From assembly GCA_003554585.1 (NCBI GenBank), contig PWGV01000183.1, forward strand, positions 8,574-72,573: 64,000 nt of DNA, given 5' to 3'. Source of the DNA: Halobacteroidaceae bacterium (lineage in GTDB: Bacteria; Bacillota; Halanaerobiia; B1SED10-174). The notes beneath the pieces were generated by a model. The model was not told the origin of the DNA and ran no database searches. It saw only the letters and a list, made by a program, of their open reading frames with translations. Made by a program: the position numbers and the translations under genes. Within the stretch, counting starts at the first letter, position 1. Each line of letters opens with the position of its first letter. Shown here piece after piece: positions 30,425 to 39,393 of this stretch.

Positions 30425-30709
30425 GTGGCAGAGGAACGCTTGGTTGTTGAAAAAAAACTAGTTTTTTCAATAAAAATTTATTCCCGGAATGGGCTTGATA
30501 TTCAGGGAGAAATTAAGAATATAGGATCCGGTGCCCAGGAGAAATTTAATGATTTTTTTGAACTTGCTTATATTTTAGAAAAATATCTTGAACGAATTAA
30601 CCCCGATTTTTCCATTGAAAATGCGAGATCCTGGGACAATGATGAAGGTTCAGTTGATAAACAGGGGGAGCGCTTGTTTAAATTTATGCGGAGTTTAAAG
30701 CCCTTTTAA
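30425..30709 (+). CDS. Small conserved cytoplasmic protein, divergent member of the WQGEI/FRSxLEM family
   Basis: 94 aa. GTG after AGGGGGA. Shares the pattern F.I.I....QGEI...F..F.EL..IL...LE...RSWD with 30711 and 61580. Confidence 0.6.
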   Translation: MAEERLVVEKKLVFSIKIYSRNGLDIQGEIKNIGSGAQEKFNDFFELAYILEKYLERINPDFSIENARSWDNDEGSVDKQGERLFKFMRSLKPF

Positions 30710-30710
30710 A

Positions 30711-31001
30711 ATGAATGAGGGAGTGAAAACGTTGTCCCCAAAGACAGGTGATAAGAAAAAGAAAATTGGTTCCACAGATTTCCTGATTCGCGTCCAGTTC
30801 CGGCAGCATTCAACCTGGCAGGGAGAAATTCAGTGGCTGGGTGTTAAACACGAGCGGAGACGTTTTTTCCGGAGTTTTTTGGAAATGGTAATGCTAATCC
30901 AGGAAGCCTTAGAAAAAGAAGGTAAAATAGAGCCGAGTATTACTTTGCAAAACTGGGATGAAATCCAGGAGAAACTTTTAAAAACAAGACCCGCGGAGTA
31001 A
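30711..31001 (+). CDS. Small conserved cytoplasmic protein (WQGEIQW...FRSFLEMVMLIQEALEK)
   Basis: 96 aa. An alternative TTG start at 30732 follows GAGGGAGTG. Close paralog of 61580-61843. No signal peptide. Confidence 0.7.
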   Translation: MNEGVKTLSPKTGDKKKKIGSTDFLIRVQFRQHSTWQGEIQWLGVKHERRRFFRSFLEMVMLIQEALEKEGKIEPSITLQNWDEIQEKLLKTRPAE

Positions 31002-31015
31002 CCTAAAAAGGTAGG

Positions 31016-32382
31016 GTGAAAATCATGGAAAAGAAAAACACCTTGCTGATTTTAATAACAATTTTCTTGTTAGCAACGTCGGCAGGAGCGGCTGACCGAC
31101 CAGCAGTTGATTTCGGCACGTATACCGCCCCACAAGAAATTAGTAAGACGGTGGCGGTTCTTGTGCCCCTGGCCGATGAGGGGTGGAGTACCTGGAAGTG
31201 TGGCTGGAAAGTTTACCCGCAACAGAAGATAGGTTGCTCACCCTGGAAGGACAGCGGTTGAAGTTAGAAACCCGTGGATGGATATACTGGGTGGATATAG
31301 ACCCGGTCGCTATTCCCACGGAACATCAAATGCTGACCGATGATAATACAACCGCCCTGCCGTTAATGGTAACCTATACAATTAAACCGCAGGATAGGCC
31401 GGGGCAATATAGAACAGTTCTGGTTATGCGGGAGATGGGCAGTGAAGGTCTGATTAAAGAAAGATCTCTTCCCATTCGTTTGCAAATTAATCCCTGGGTG
31501 AAAATTGAAACAGTTTCTGGAGACGTCCCTGTAGGGAGCTGGGGAGAAGAACCGGGGATTTTAATTAACCGAATTCCCGGTGAAGTTAGAGTGGGTTCCA
31601 ACTCCAACTGGCAACTTTTCCTCGAATGTTTCCCGATAGAAGAATTAAAATCGGGAGATTTGGAACTGGTCCTGATGACCGGGGAGGATAGTGGATTTGA
31701 GGGTCTTACCCAGCTTTCAGTTCGGCTCAAAGAGGAGCAAATTCTCCTCGGTGGGGGGAGGGCCGACATATGTTATGATTGGAATGTTAATGAAAAAAAT
31801 GAACTAGTTGAATATGAAATGGGAACTTTAAAAGAAACCCTGGATGGGTTAATCCGTTTCAATCCCCGGCGATCTTCTCTGGAACCTTGGGAATCGCAGA
31901 TAGTAAGAATTACAATAAATTTCCCCGAAGGTGAGGGGGAGCCTTTTGAGCGAAGGGGGATTATTTTTTTCGAGCACGAGGAAGAGGCCGAAATGGAGGA
32001 ATGGTTAGGGGCTGTTATTAAAACAATGATTGGCGCTATCATTTATGCAAGGCCCAGCGAATTCAGTTTTAATTTCCTGCTGATAGAAGGTTTAGTATTA
32101 AGCGGTCCCAGTGGCCAACAGGTGGCAGCTCTTCTATTGGGAAATCCTTCATTTGTTCATGCTCGCTTTACTATTGATTACAGGGTAGTAACTGCGGAAG
32201 GGGAAATTTTCGAGGAAGGAGAGGTAACGGAAAAGGTTTTTTTACCGGAAACAGCAAGAACAATTTATATTCCTTTTCAAAAACCATATCCGCCCGGAGA
32301 ATACAGATTAATTCTTGAATTGAAATTTACCGACATAGATTTTAGGTTGAATGAAGTTGTTTCTTTTCGAGTTGAAGATTAG
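31016..32382 (+). pseudogene. Secreted hypothetical protein (~455 aa) with one apparent frameshift
   Basis: A signal peptide ORF (31016-31261; probable ATG at 31025) overlaps a 399-aa ORF (31183-32382) in another frame. The junction is a G4 run at about 31179-31182. I recognise no family. Confidence 0.55.
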
Positions 32383-32503
32383 GAGAGGGGCTTGGGCATC
32401 CAGAAAAATCATACTCTTCACAAATTAATAATCATCCTCATAGTTTTGTTTTTTTGCATGGCTCTTTTATAAAAGCTGCCAATGAGGAAACCAGTATTGT
32501 ACT

Positions 32504-33989
32504 TGTTGAGGGTCAAGACATAGGTAACACTTTAGGGCCAGGACATAGGTTACACTTATAACCAATAATTAGGAAAATTTCAGTTTTTAACAACCATTTT
32601 AGGTCAGGACATAGGTAACAGTTTAATGTTTAAATAGGGGCAACACATAGGTTACAATTTGCCCAGTGTCTAAATCATCCTTGAGGTGATTTAGATGCCA
32701 TATCAAGAACAACAGCGTCAAGAAGCCATGCAGCGTTATCTTTCCGGTGAGAGCATTTCCAGTATCTGCAGGGATTTTAAGCGGAGCCGAAAATGGTTTT
32801 ACAAGTGGCAAAAGCGGTATGAATCAGGGAACCCGTATTGGTATAAGGTTGAAAGCCGGGAACCTCGTGAAAAGCCCCGGAAAATTGCTCCTGAAGTTGA
32901 AGAAACTATTATTCAGGTTCGTCGCAAACTAAAACAGGATAAGTATGCCCGGATTGGCCCCCAAATGATTGACTGGGAATTGAGAAGGTTAGGTTATGAT
33001 CCTCCTCCTTGCCTTTCAACTATCAAAAGGGTTATTCGTCGAAATAAGCTTGTTACAAGGCTTGAGCGGTATGAGAAGAAGGGGACTACATACCCCCAGA
33101 TTCCACCTCTTTTCCCAAATACAATACATCAAATAGATTTTTGGGGTCCTCGTTATATTAAAGGAGATGGAAGGTTCCACAGTCTTAATGTCATGGATAT
33201 TTATACTCGCAGGGTTAGTACTTACCCTGCCAGGCGCAAAAGAACCCAAGAAGCTTTAGAAGGCATCAATACTGTCTGGAAATTGATGGGAGCCCCGGAG
33301 TTTATGCAATTTGACAATACCCTGGCATTTAGGGGTAGTAATAGATACCCCCGTTCTTTTGGGCCTGTTATTAAATGGTGCCTGAGACATAGAATACAAC
33401 CGGTCTTTATACCCTTTGGTGAGCCCTGGAGAAATAGTCATTTAGAAAAGTTTCACCACACCCTTGAAAAGCAGTTTTTTCGGCGGATCAATTTTAATAG
33501 TTTTACTAATTTGGTCCAGGAAATAGAGGGGTTCAAAACCTATCATAATCAGCATTACCGTTACAGTCCACTTAACGGATATACCCTTGAAGAAGTATAT
33601 GAGCGTGATCGAATTTGTCCAGATGCTTCCCTGGGAACAGATTTTTCCATGGATGAGGATATTCCTTTAGAAGACGGCTACATTCACCTTATACGGTTTA
33701 TCCGCAGTGATCGTAAACTTAATATTTTCGGCGAAACTTTCCCGGTACCTAAAGAATTAGAATATGAGTATGTGGTAGCAACAATATGCACAGATAACCA
33801 CTTTATCAGGGTCCATGATAACCAGTGGAAATCCCTTTTCACCATACCGAATTCCCATCGACAGTTTGTAACCTATGTCCTGGCCCTAAAAGGGTTTTAG
33901 GAAAATCCACGGCCCCTAGGGGCCGTGTAACCCATGTGGTGATCCCCTAAAGCCATTAGGAAGTGTAACCTATTTGATGGACTTCAACA
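32504..33989 (+). mobile_element. IS481-family insertion sequence
   Basis: Imperfect terminal IRs, TGTTGAGGGTCAAGACATAGGTAACAC / GTGTAACCTATTTGATGGACTTCAACA. Flanking 6-bp near-repeat TGTACT / TGTAAT. Subterminal repeats ACATAGGT(A/T)ACA, 4 left and 3 right. Single rve transposase gene. Confidence 0.75.
32695..33900 (+). CDS. IS481-family DDE (rve) transposase
   Basis: 401 aa. N-terminal HTH. Catalytic residues in IHQIDFWGP, MQFDNTLAF and WRNSHLEKFHHTLEK. Confidence 0.85.
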   Translation: MPYQEQQRQEAMQRYLSGESISSICRDFKRSRKWFYKWQKRYESGNPYWYKVESREPREKPRKIAPEVEETIIQVRRKLKQDKYARIGPQMIDWELRRLGYDPPPCLSTIKRVIRRNKLVTRLERYEKKGTTYPQIPPLFPNTIHQIDFWGPRYIKGDGRFHSLNVMDIYTRRVSTYPARRKRTQEALEGINTVWKLMGAPEFMQFDNTLAFRGSNRYPRSFGPVIKWCLRHRIQPVFIPFGEPWRNSHLEKFHHTLEKQFFRRINFNSFTNLVQEIEGFKTYHNQHYRYSPLNGYTLEEVYERDRICPDASLGTDFSMDEDIPLEDGYIHLIRFIRSDRKLNIFGETFPVPKELEYEYVVATICTDNHFIRVHDNQWKSLFTIPNSHRQFVTYVLALKGF

Positions 33990-36276
33990 TGTAATTCTTA
34001 AAATCAAGACCGAAATTCAAGACCTTTGGTGGGATGATTTTTTGAGATTCTTGATAAGCAGGACTACATCCTTTTGCCTGTTGCTGAAATTTCTAGGTAT
34101 CTGGACCTGCAACCCCGTTATTTTCGCGAAGAAAATCCCCTTTATATTGAACATGTTCCCAGTAGCAGGAGTGCCAGGATTGACTTAAAATTGGGTATTT
34201 ATGAAGGGTACCCTGAACTATCAGCCCAACCTCCAGTTCAGCACGAGGGGGACTTTTTTGTTTCCTCTTCTTTAATCGAAAGCCTTACCGGGGGCAAATT
34301 AGCTGGAACCCAAGGCGACAGGAGGTAACAATTTTCCCGAGTGGAGAATTAGTTCCGTCCGGGCCTTTACTTCGATTTCTGGAGAGGCCAGCCCGGGAGA
34401 TACAGTTACTCTTTATGTTAATGAACGCCGGGTTGACGAAGTATATGTTTTCAGAGGAGAACAGTCCTATAAATTCGAGGAAGTTTCTTTGATTTCCAAC
34501 CGCATTAACACTATCAGGATTGAAATCAGGAGGTTTGACGGGGAAATTGTGGAGATAGAAAAGCAAATACCAGGAAGCCCCAATATCCTGGAAGAAGGAG
34601 TTTGGGAATACCTTGTTTTCCTTGGAAGGTATGGAGGAAAAGGTGGAAGAGATTATAAAGGTGATATTGTTGGACAGGAAATGAAATTTGCAATTACCGA
34701 TCGGGTTACGGGAACCTGGGAATTGCTGGGTTAAGGGATTTTGATTCGAGCGGTGAGCCCAAGGATTTTGTTGAGGTTGGTAATGTACTAGGACTTGCTT
34801 TATGGCCCTTTGATGCTCCCCTGCTTTTTTCAGTTGATTGGCTTACTGGTGGAATATTCGGGGAACTGGCCCATGGATTCAGGTCAGCAATGCTTATTAC
34901 ACTGGAAAAAGGCTATTTTGAACTGGGTTTCTCTTATGTCCCTCCCCCAGTAACGGTGGGAGTTAGAGAAGATTCCGGGGTTAATGTTTGGACAACCCTG
35001 GATTATGAATTATCTCCTGATTATGGTTTATCCTTAACTGGTGAACTATATCGACCCCTTTGGGATTTGGAATATAAAACCGGCCAGAAGGTAGAGACAA
35101 CGGTCAGTTATCGAGACGGCAGAAGATTATCCCTGGCAGTTACGGGAGCTCTGGGGCATCGTTTTTATATTGATAAAGATACAAGCGGAAAGGATCGTTA
35201 CAACGATATTATCGACCTGGATTTAATTTTTGAACACAGGTCCTTTACACCAGGAGGTTCGACCCGGAGCAAAATAGGTTTTCTGGGGGGATACCTTTAT
35301 CCCGGCGACCATCACCCGTATTTATTATCCAATGTTATTTTCGACCTGGGTTTCACCAGGAACCTTACTGATGATTTTCTGGTAGGAGGCAATGCCAGTA
35401 CTTCTGCTTTTTGGTTGGGAACGAAATTTGAGGAACTGAAAGTAAGAGCTGATGCCAGAGCGAGAATTACGGCAAGCGATAATTTAATAATTACGGGGAC
35501 GGGGTTACTCGAGGGAGAGGGAGAGCAGGAAAATGATGATCTGGTGGAAGCGGGAAAAATAGAACTGGGGATTTCAGCTACCTATTATTTTTCCCGTCAG
35601 TTTTATACCACGGGGGAGTTAAAATGTACCCGTTTACCCCAAACCGAGGATGCTTTTTACACCAGCAAGGGTACAGTTTTTTATAATAACCCGGATTTGA
35701 ATCTTAGATTGTCCCTGCGAGGGGAATACCTGACTCCAACAAATTTCAGGGAAGTGCCTCAAATAAAAGCAGGGATAACCGCAACAAAAACTTTTTCATC
35801 CGGCTTGGGTATTTCTCTGAATGCTGCTCGAACTTACCGTTCCGCAACAGCCGTAGCACCTGAATATACTGTTGGATTTTCAATAAACCAGACAATTGGC
35901 TTTGCCGGCGGGAATATTTTCGGTCAGAGATACCCTTCAGGCACAGACCACGTTTCTTTTATCGCAGGTGTTGTTTACCTTGATGAAAATGGGAATGGCA
36001 TTCGGGATAAAGGAGAGCCATTACTTTCCGATATACCCATTCTTCTTGATCGAAGAAGGATCAGGACGGATGAGGAGGGAGGGTTCTTTTTTGAAAGGAT
36101 CAGACCTGGATTATATGAAGTGGGTATTGATCCTGCCCAGCTATCTGGAGAATACCAGATAATTACTCCGAAGAAGGTTGTTCAGATCCGAGAAAATGAG
36201 AATATTTTCCTTGAGTTCGGTGTAACTAAGTCGGAGTAAAAAGGAAAAAGTACTAACAAAAAATAGAGGATGAAAT

Positions 36277-36305
36277 AAAAACACCGGATATTTCCGGTGT
36301 TTTTA
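36277..36305 (+). terminator. Rho-independent terminator
   Basis: AAAAACACCGGA-TATT-TCCGGTGTTTTT. Confidence 0.8.
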
Positions 36306-36430
36306 TTGGGAAAAAAGTTTTTTCAACCTTTCGAGGAAATTGAGCAGAAAATAATTTGCAGGGTTTTTAATTTTTCTGGCAAAATAAAAGATAGAGTCCA
36401 GGCAGGTTTTGGTTTGAGGGGGTGTGGTTT

Positions 36431-37333
36431 TTGATTATAAGCGCGAGCCGGAGGACAGATATTCCGGCCTTTTATTCTTCCTGGTTCATGGATAAAATTA
36501 ATCGCTCTTACTGTGTTGTAAGTAATCCTTTCAATCCCCGGCAGGTTAAGCGGGTAAGCTTAAAAAAGGAAGATGTAGACCTGTTTGTCTTTTGGACAAA
36601 AAATCCCGATCCCTTGATTCCTCACCTGGAAAAACTGGATAGAATAGGCTTTAATTACTATTTCCTGTTCACTTTGAATCCCTACTCCGAAGAGATAGAA
36701 CCGGGGCTGGAGAGTGTTGAAAAAAGAATAGAGGTTTTCCAGGAGTTATCCAGGCTTATCGGGCCGGGAAAAGTAATCTGGCGTTATGACCCGATAATAT
36801 TAACTCGAGGGATGGATCTGTTTTACCACAGGGAGCAGTTTGATTTTTTATCATCTGCCTTAAAAGGAGCAACCAGGCGGGTTATAATTAGTTTTTATTC
36901 TTCCTACCGTTCCGGAGATAAGCGCCTGAAAAAGGCAGGGATGGATATTTTTTTTCCGGAAAACTGGGAGAAGAAGCGGAAGGAGTTTCTCCATGATCTG
37001 GCCAAAATTGCCCGGCAAAAGGGAATGGTTGTCCAGGGATGTGCACAAAAAGATCTCGAAGGAACTGGAATTGGGCGGGGTAAGTGCATCGATAACGATT
37101 TTATCGAGGAAACTTTTGGGCTAAGTTTCCAGGCTAAAAAAGATACTGGGCAAAGGCCTGGGTGTGGTTGTATTCCCAGCCAGGATATAGGTTCCTATGA
37201 TACCTGTTTGCATGGCTGTCTGTACTGTTACGGCTGGGGTAGCAAAAAAAGGGTTGAAGGTAATTTTTCACATTATAATTATGAATTTCCCTCCCTGGCT
37301 GGAACAGTAAATGAAAATAAGGAATTCAAGTAA
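36431..37333 (+). CDS. DUF1848 domain-containing protein
   Basis: N-terminus (M)IISASRRTDIPAFY is typical of DUF1848. C-terminal Cys cluster CGCIPSQDIGSYDTCLHGCLYCYG. TTG at 36431 follows GAGGGGGG (the ORF opens at GTG 36422). Confidence 0.7.
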   Translation: MIISASRRTDIPAFYSSWFMDKINRSYCVVSNPFNPRQVKRVSLKKEDVDLFVFWTKNPDPLIPHLEKLDRIGFNYYFLFTLNPYSEEIEPGLESVEKRIEVFQELSRLIGPGKVIWRYDPIILTRGMDLFYHREQFDFLSSALKGATRRVIISFYSSYRSGDKRLKKAGMDIFFPENWEKKRKEFLHDLAKIARQKGMVVQGCAQKDLEGTGIGRGKCIDNDFIEETFGLSFQAKKDTGQRPGCGCIPSQDIGSYDTCLHGCLYCYGWGSKKRVEGNFSHYNYEFPSLAGTVNENKEFK

Positions 37334-37548
37334 AAAAAGTTTTTGAACTGGGCAAATTAATTTTTTCTCCCCTGCAGGACAAGCGGAGAATTTATTTCAG
37401 GGTTTTGTGGCCAGGAATTTTTTCTTAATTTTCCCGGCAATTTTCTGCTGGGGGAGGCAGATTTTCTTTTCATTTTCCTTTCTATAATGAACAAGTTTTG
37501 GAGCAGTTCGGGCAAAAGTTTGAAGTTAATGAAACGAGGTGAAAAATT

Positions 37549-38169
37549 GTGGATTTCTGGAAAGTTATTCGTAAGAGGAGAAGTTCGAGAGATTTTTTGC
37601 CGGATTCCATCCCGGACAATATTTTGGAAAAAATTCTTGAAGCAGGTCGACAATCTCCAACCGGAGGAAATGGCCAGAACCATTTTTTTGGAGTTATCAG
37701 GGAAAGAAACCAGAAAATTAAACTGTCCCGGGCGGCGGGGGGGCAGGACTGGATTGCAAAAGCACCGGTAATTATCGCCCTGTGTACCTGGGTAGGAGGC
37801 GATCTCCGGGATCTTCCGGAAGGAAACTTTGGCCTGGAAGTAAACCGGACCCGCTTTGGCAGAGATTTAATTACTCACCTGAATGCTTATCCTGACCGCA
37901 GAGCAGTAGCTTTACTGTGGGAAAATGGAAATTGCCTGATCCCGGGAGAACATATTTTTCTTGCTGCGATCAGCTTTGGTTTGAATGCCTGCTGGATAGG
38001 GTACCTTGATATTGAAAAAGTTGGGGAAATTCTGGATTTGCCCCGGAAAATGGCCTGCCATTTTCTAATGCCCATTGGGTATTCCCGGGAACAACCAGAA
38101 AAAACCGAAAAAAAGCGGCTTGAAGAAATAGTTTTTTTTGATTCCTGGCCAAAGGAAAAGGAGACCTGA
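37549..38169 (+). CDS. Nitroreductase family protein
   Basis: 206 aa. RRSSRDF and SPTGGNGQ motifs. GTG after GAGGTG. Confidence 0.8.
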   Translation: MDFWKVIRKRRSSRDFLPDSIPDNILEKILEAGRQSPTGGNGQNHFFGVIRERNQKIKLSRAAGGQDWIAKAPVIIALCTWVGGDLRDLPEGNFGLEVNRTRFGRDLITHLNAYPDRRAVALLWENGNCLIPGEHIFLAAISFGLNACWIGYLDIEKVGEILDLPRKMACHFLMPIGYSREQPEKTEKKRLEEIVFFDSWPKEKET

Positions 38170-39193
38170 AAAATTGCTTAAAACAGCAAAGAATCTGCTG
38201 GTTTATTATGATCTAGCCCGGGAAGGGTTAAAAGTAAGCCCCATTAAAGCGGGCCATATTGGCAATAATTTTAAGGTTTCTTCCGGAAGGGGAAATTTTG
38301 TTTTAAAAATCCGCCATCCTCAGTTTTCGCAGGAGATGGTTTTAGCGGATCATTCTTTTCTAGGTTTTTTAAAGAAAAATGAATTTCCCGTCCCCCAAAT
38401 AATTACCAAAAGAAACGGGGAAACCTGTGGGATAACAGACGATAAAAGGGTTTTTGAACTGCAGGAGTATATTCAGCATAATGCCAGTGCAGAAGACAAA
38501 TCTTATGGGGAGATTTCCGGAGACCTGGCCAATTTTCTCGGGGGATATCATGCTCTGGCCCGGAAATTTCCCGGGGAGATATTAAAAATGGATTATCTTG
38601 GGGATATACCCCTGGGTTTCTGGGAAAAGTACTTTTCCGGTCCTCTGGAAAGGGGACGAGAAAGGTACCTGCGGACCGCCCGGAATGCGGGAGGAGCTAT
38701 CGGGGAAGAATTAAAGGACCGAACTTTTTTCCTGGCCGCGAGGCTGGAAGGGATTAAAAAAAAGATGGAAGGAAGCTACAAGCAAATCTCCAGTTTAATA
38801 AACCACAACGATTTTTACGGTAACAATATTCTCTTCCAGGGAGATAAAATTGCCGGTCTTGTTGACTTTGATTTCTGCTCAACGGGAATTTTCTATATTG
38901 ACCTAATCGAACTGCTGCATGGTTCGGTGATCTGGCAGGATGGCGAGGAAAAATACTGGGGGCTGCATCCCGAAGGCAGGGTTCGCCTTGAACAGGGAAA
39001 GAGGGACCTGGGGTATTATCTGGAAAGCGGGCCAGAACTGGAAGTTGACATGGAAATTTTACGGGAATTGTTGAAAACTAAAATTATCAGCCTGGCCTGG
39101 TATCCTGCATTTGATATGGTTCAAGGTGCTGGTGACCGCCTGGAGGTTTTAAAAAGATTGGAAAAGACCATAAAAGAGATTGATAAACTTTAG
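38138..39193 (+). CDS. Aminoglycoside phosphotransferase (APH)-fold kinase, substrate unknown
   Basis: INHNDFYGNNILF and LVDFDF motifs. The ATG at 38138 overlaps the nitroreductase by 32 nt. An alternative TTG at 38174 follows GGAG. Confidence 0.7.
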   Translation: MIPGQRKRRPEKLLKTAKNLLVYYDLAREGLKVSPIKAGHIGNNFKVSSGRGNFVLKIRHPQFSQEMVLADHSFLGFLKKNEFPVPQIITKRNGETCGITDDKRVFELQEYIQHNASAEDKSYGEISGDLANFLGGYHALARKFPGEILKMDYLGDIPLGFWEKYFSGPLERGRERYLRTARNAGGAIGEELKDRTFFLAARLEGIKKKMEGSYKQISSLINHNDFYGNNILFQGDKIAGLVDFDFCSTGIFYIDLIELLHGSVIWQDGEEKYWGLHPEGRVRLEQGKRDLGYYLESGPELEVDMEILRELLKTKIISLAWYPAFDMVQGAGDRLEVLKRLEKTIKEIDKL

Positions 39194-39393
39194 CCCGATG
39201 CAAAGGGTTTTTTCTTTGGGGAATCCAATTTTTTTATTCTAGTAAAGGAAGTTTTCCACCTTTAGTAGAAATTTAAATAAACAAAGAAGGTTTATTAGGT
39301 ATTTTCTCCTTAAAAAATTGCTAAGTTAAAGGGAAAAGCAAAATTCAAAGTTTTAAGAAGAATAATGTCATTAAAAAATCGGGGAGAATTGAC

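Larger units (their letters stand above)
32392..36239 (+). pseudogene. Large envelope protein (~785 aa reconstructed): signal peptide, beta-sandwich N-domains, beta-barrel-like core, C-terminal SdrD-B/Cna-B-like domain; disrupted by IS and frameshifts
   Basis: AGGAGAGGGG then TTG at 32392 and a hydrophobic leader. IS inserted at 32504-33989. Downstream pieces lie in frames 1, 0, 1, 0 (shifts near 34047-34052 (T-run), 34303-34328 and 34665-34734). The longest intact piece is 34890-36239. Confidence 0.6.

Noticed and set aside
32517-32660. Repeated ACATAGGT(A/T)ACA motifs as a possible mini CRISPR or tandem repeat array
   Set aside because: The spacing is irregular and the copies are in mixed orientation. 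Their reverse complements are mirrored at the other end of the IS, so they are subterminal transposase-binding repeats.
37357-37683. 108-aa minus-strand ORF between DUF1848 and the nitroreductase
   Set aside because: It overlaps the nitroreductase start, has no SD and has a basic, low-complexity sequence. It is probably non-coding.
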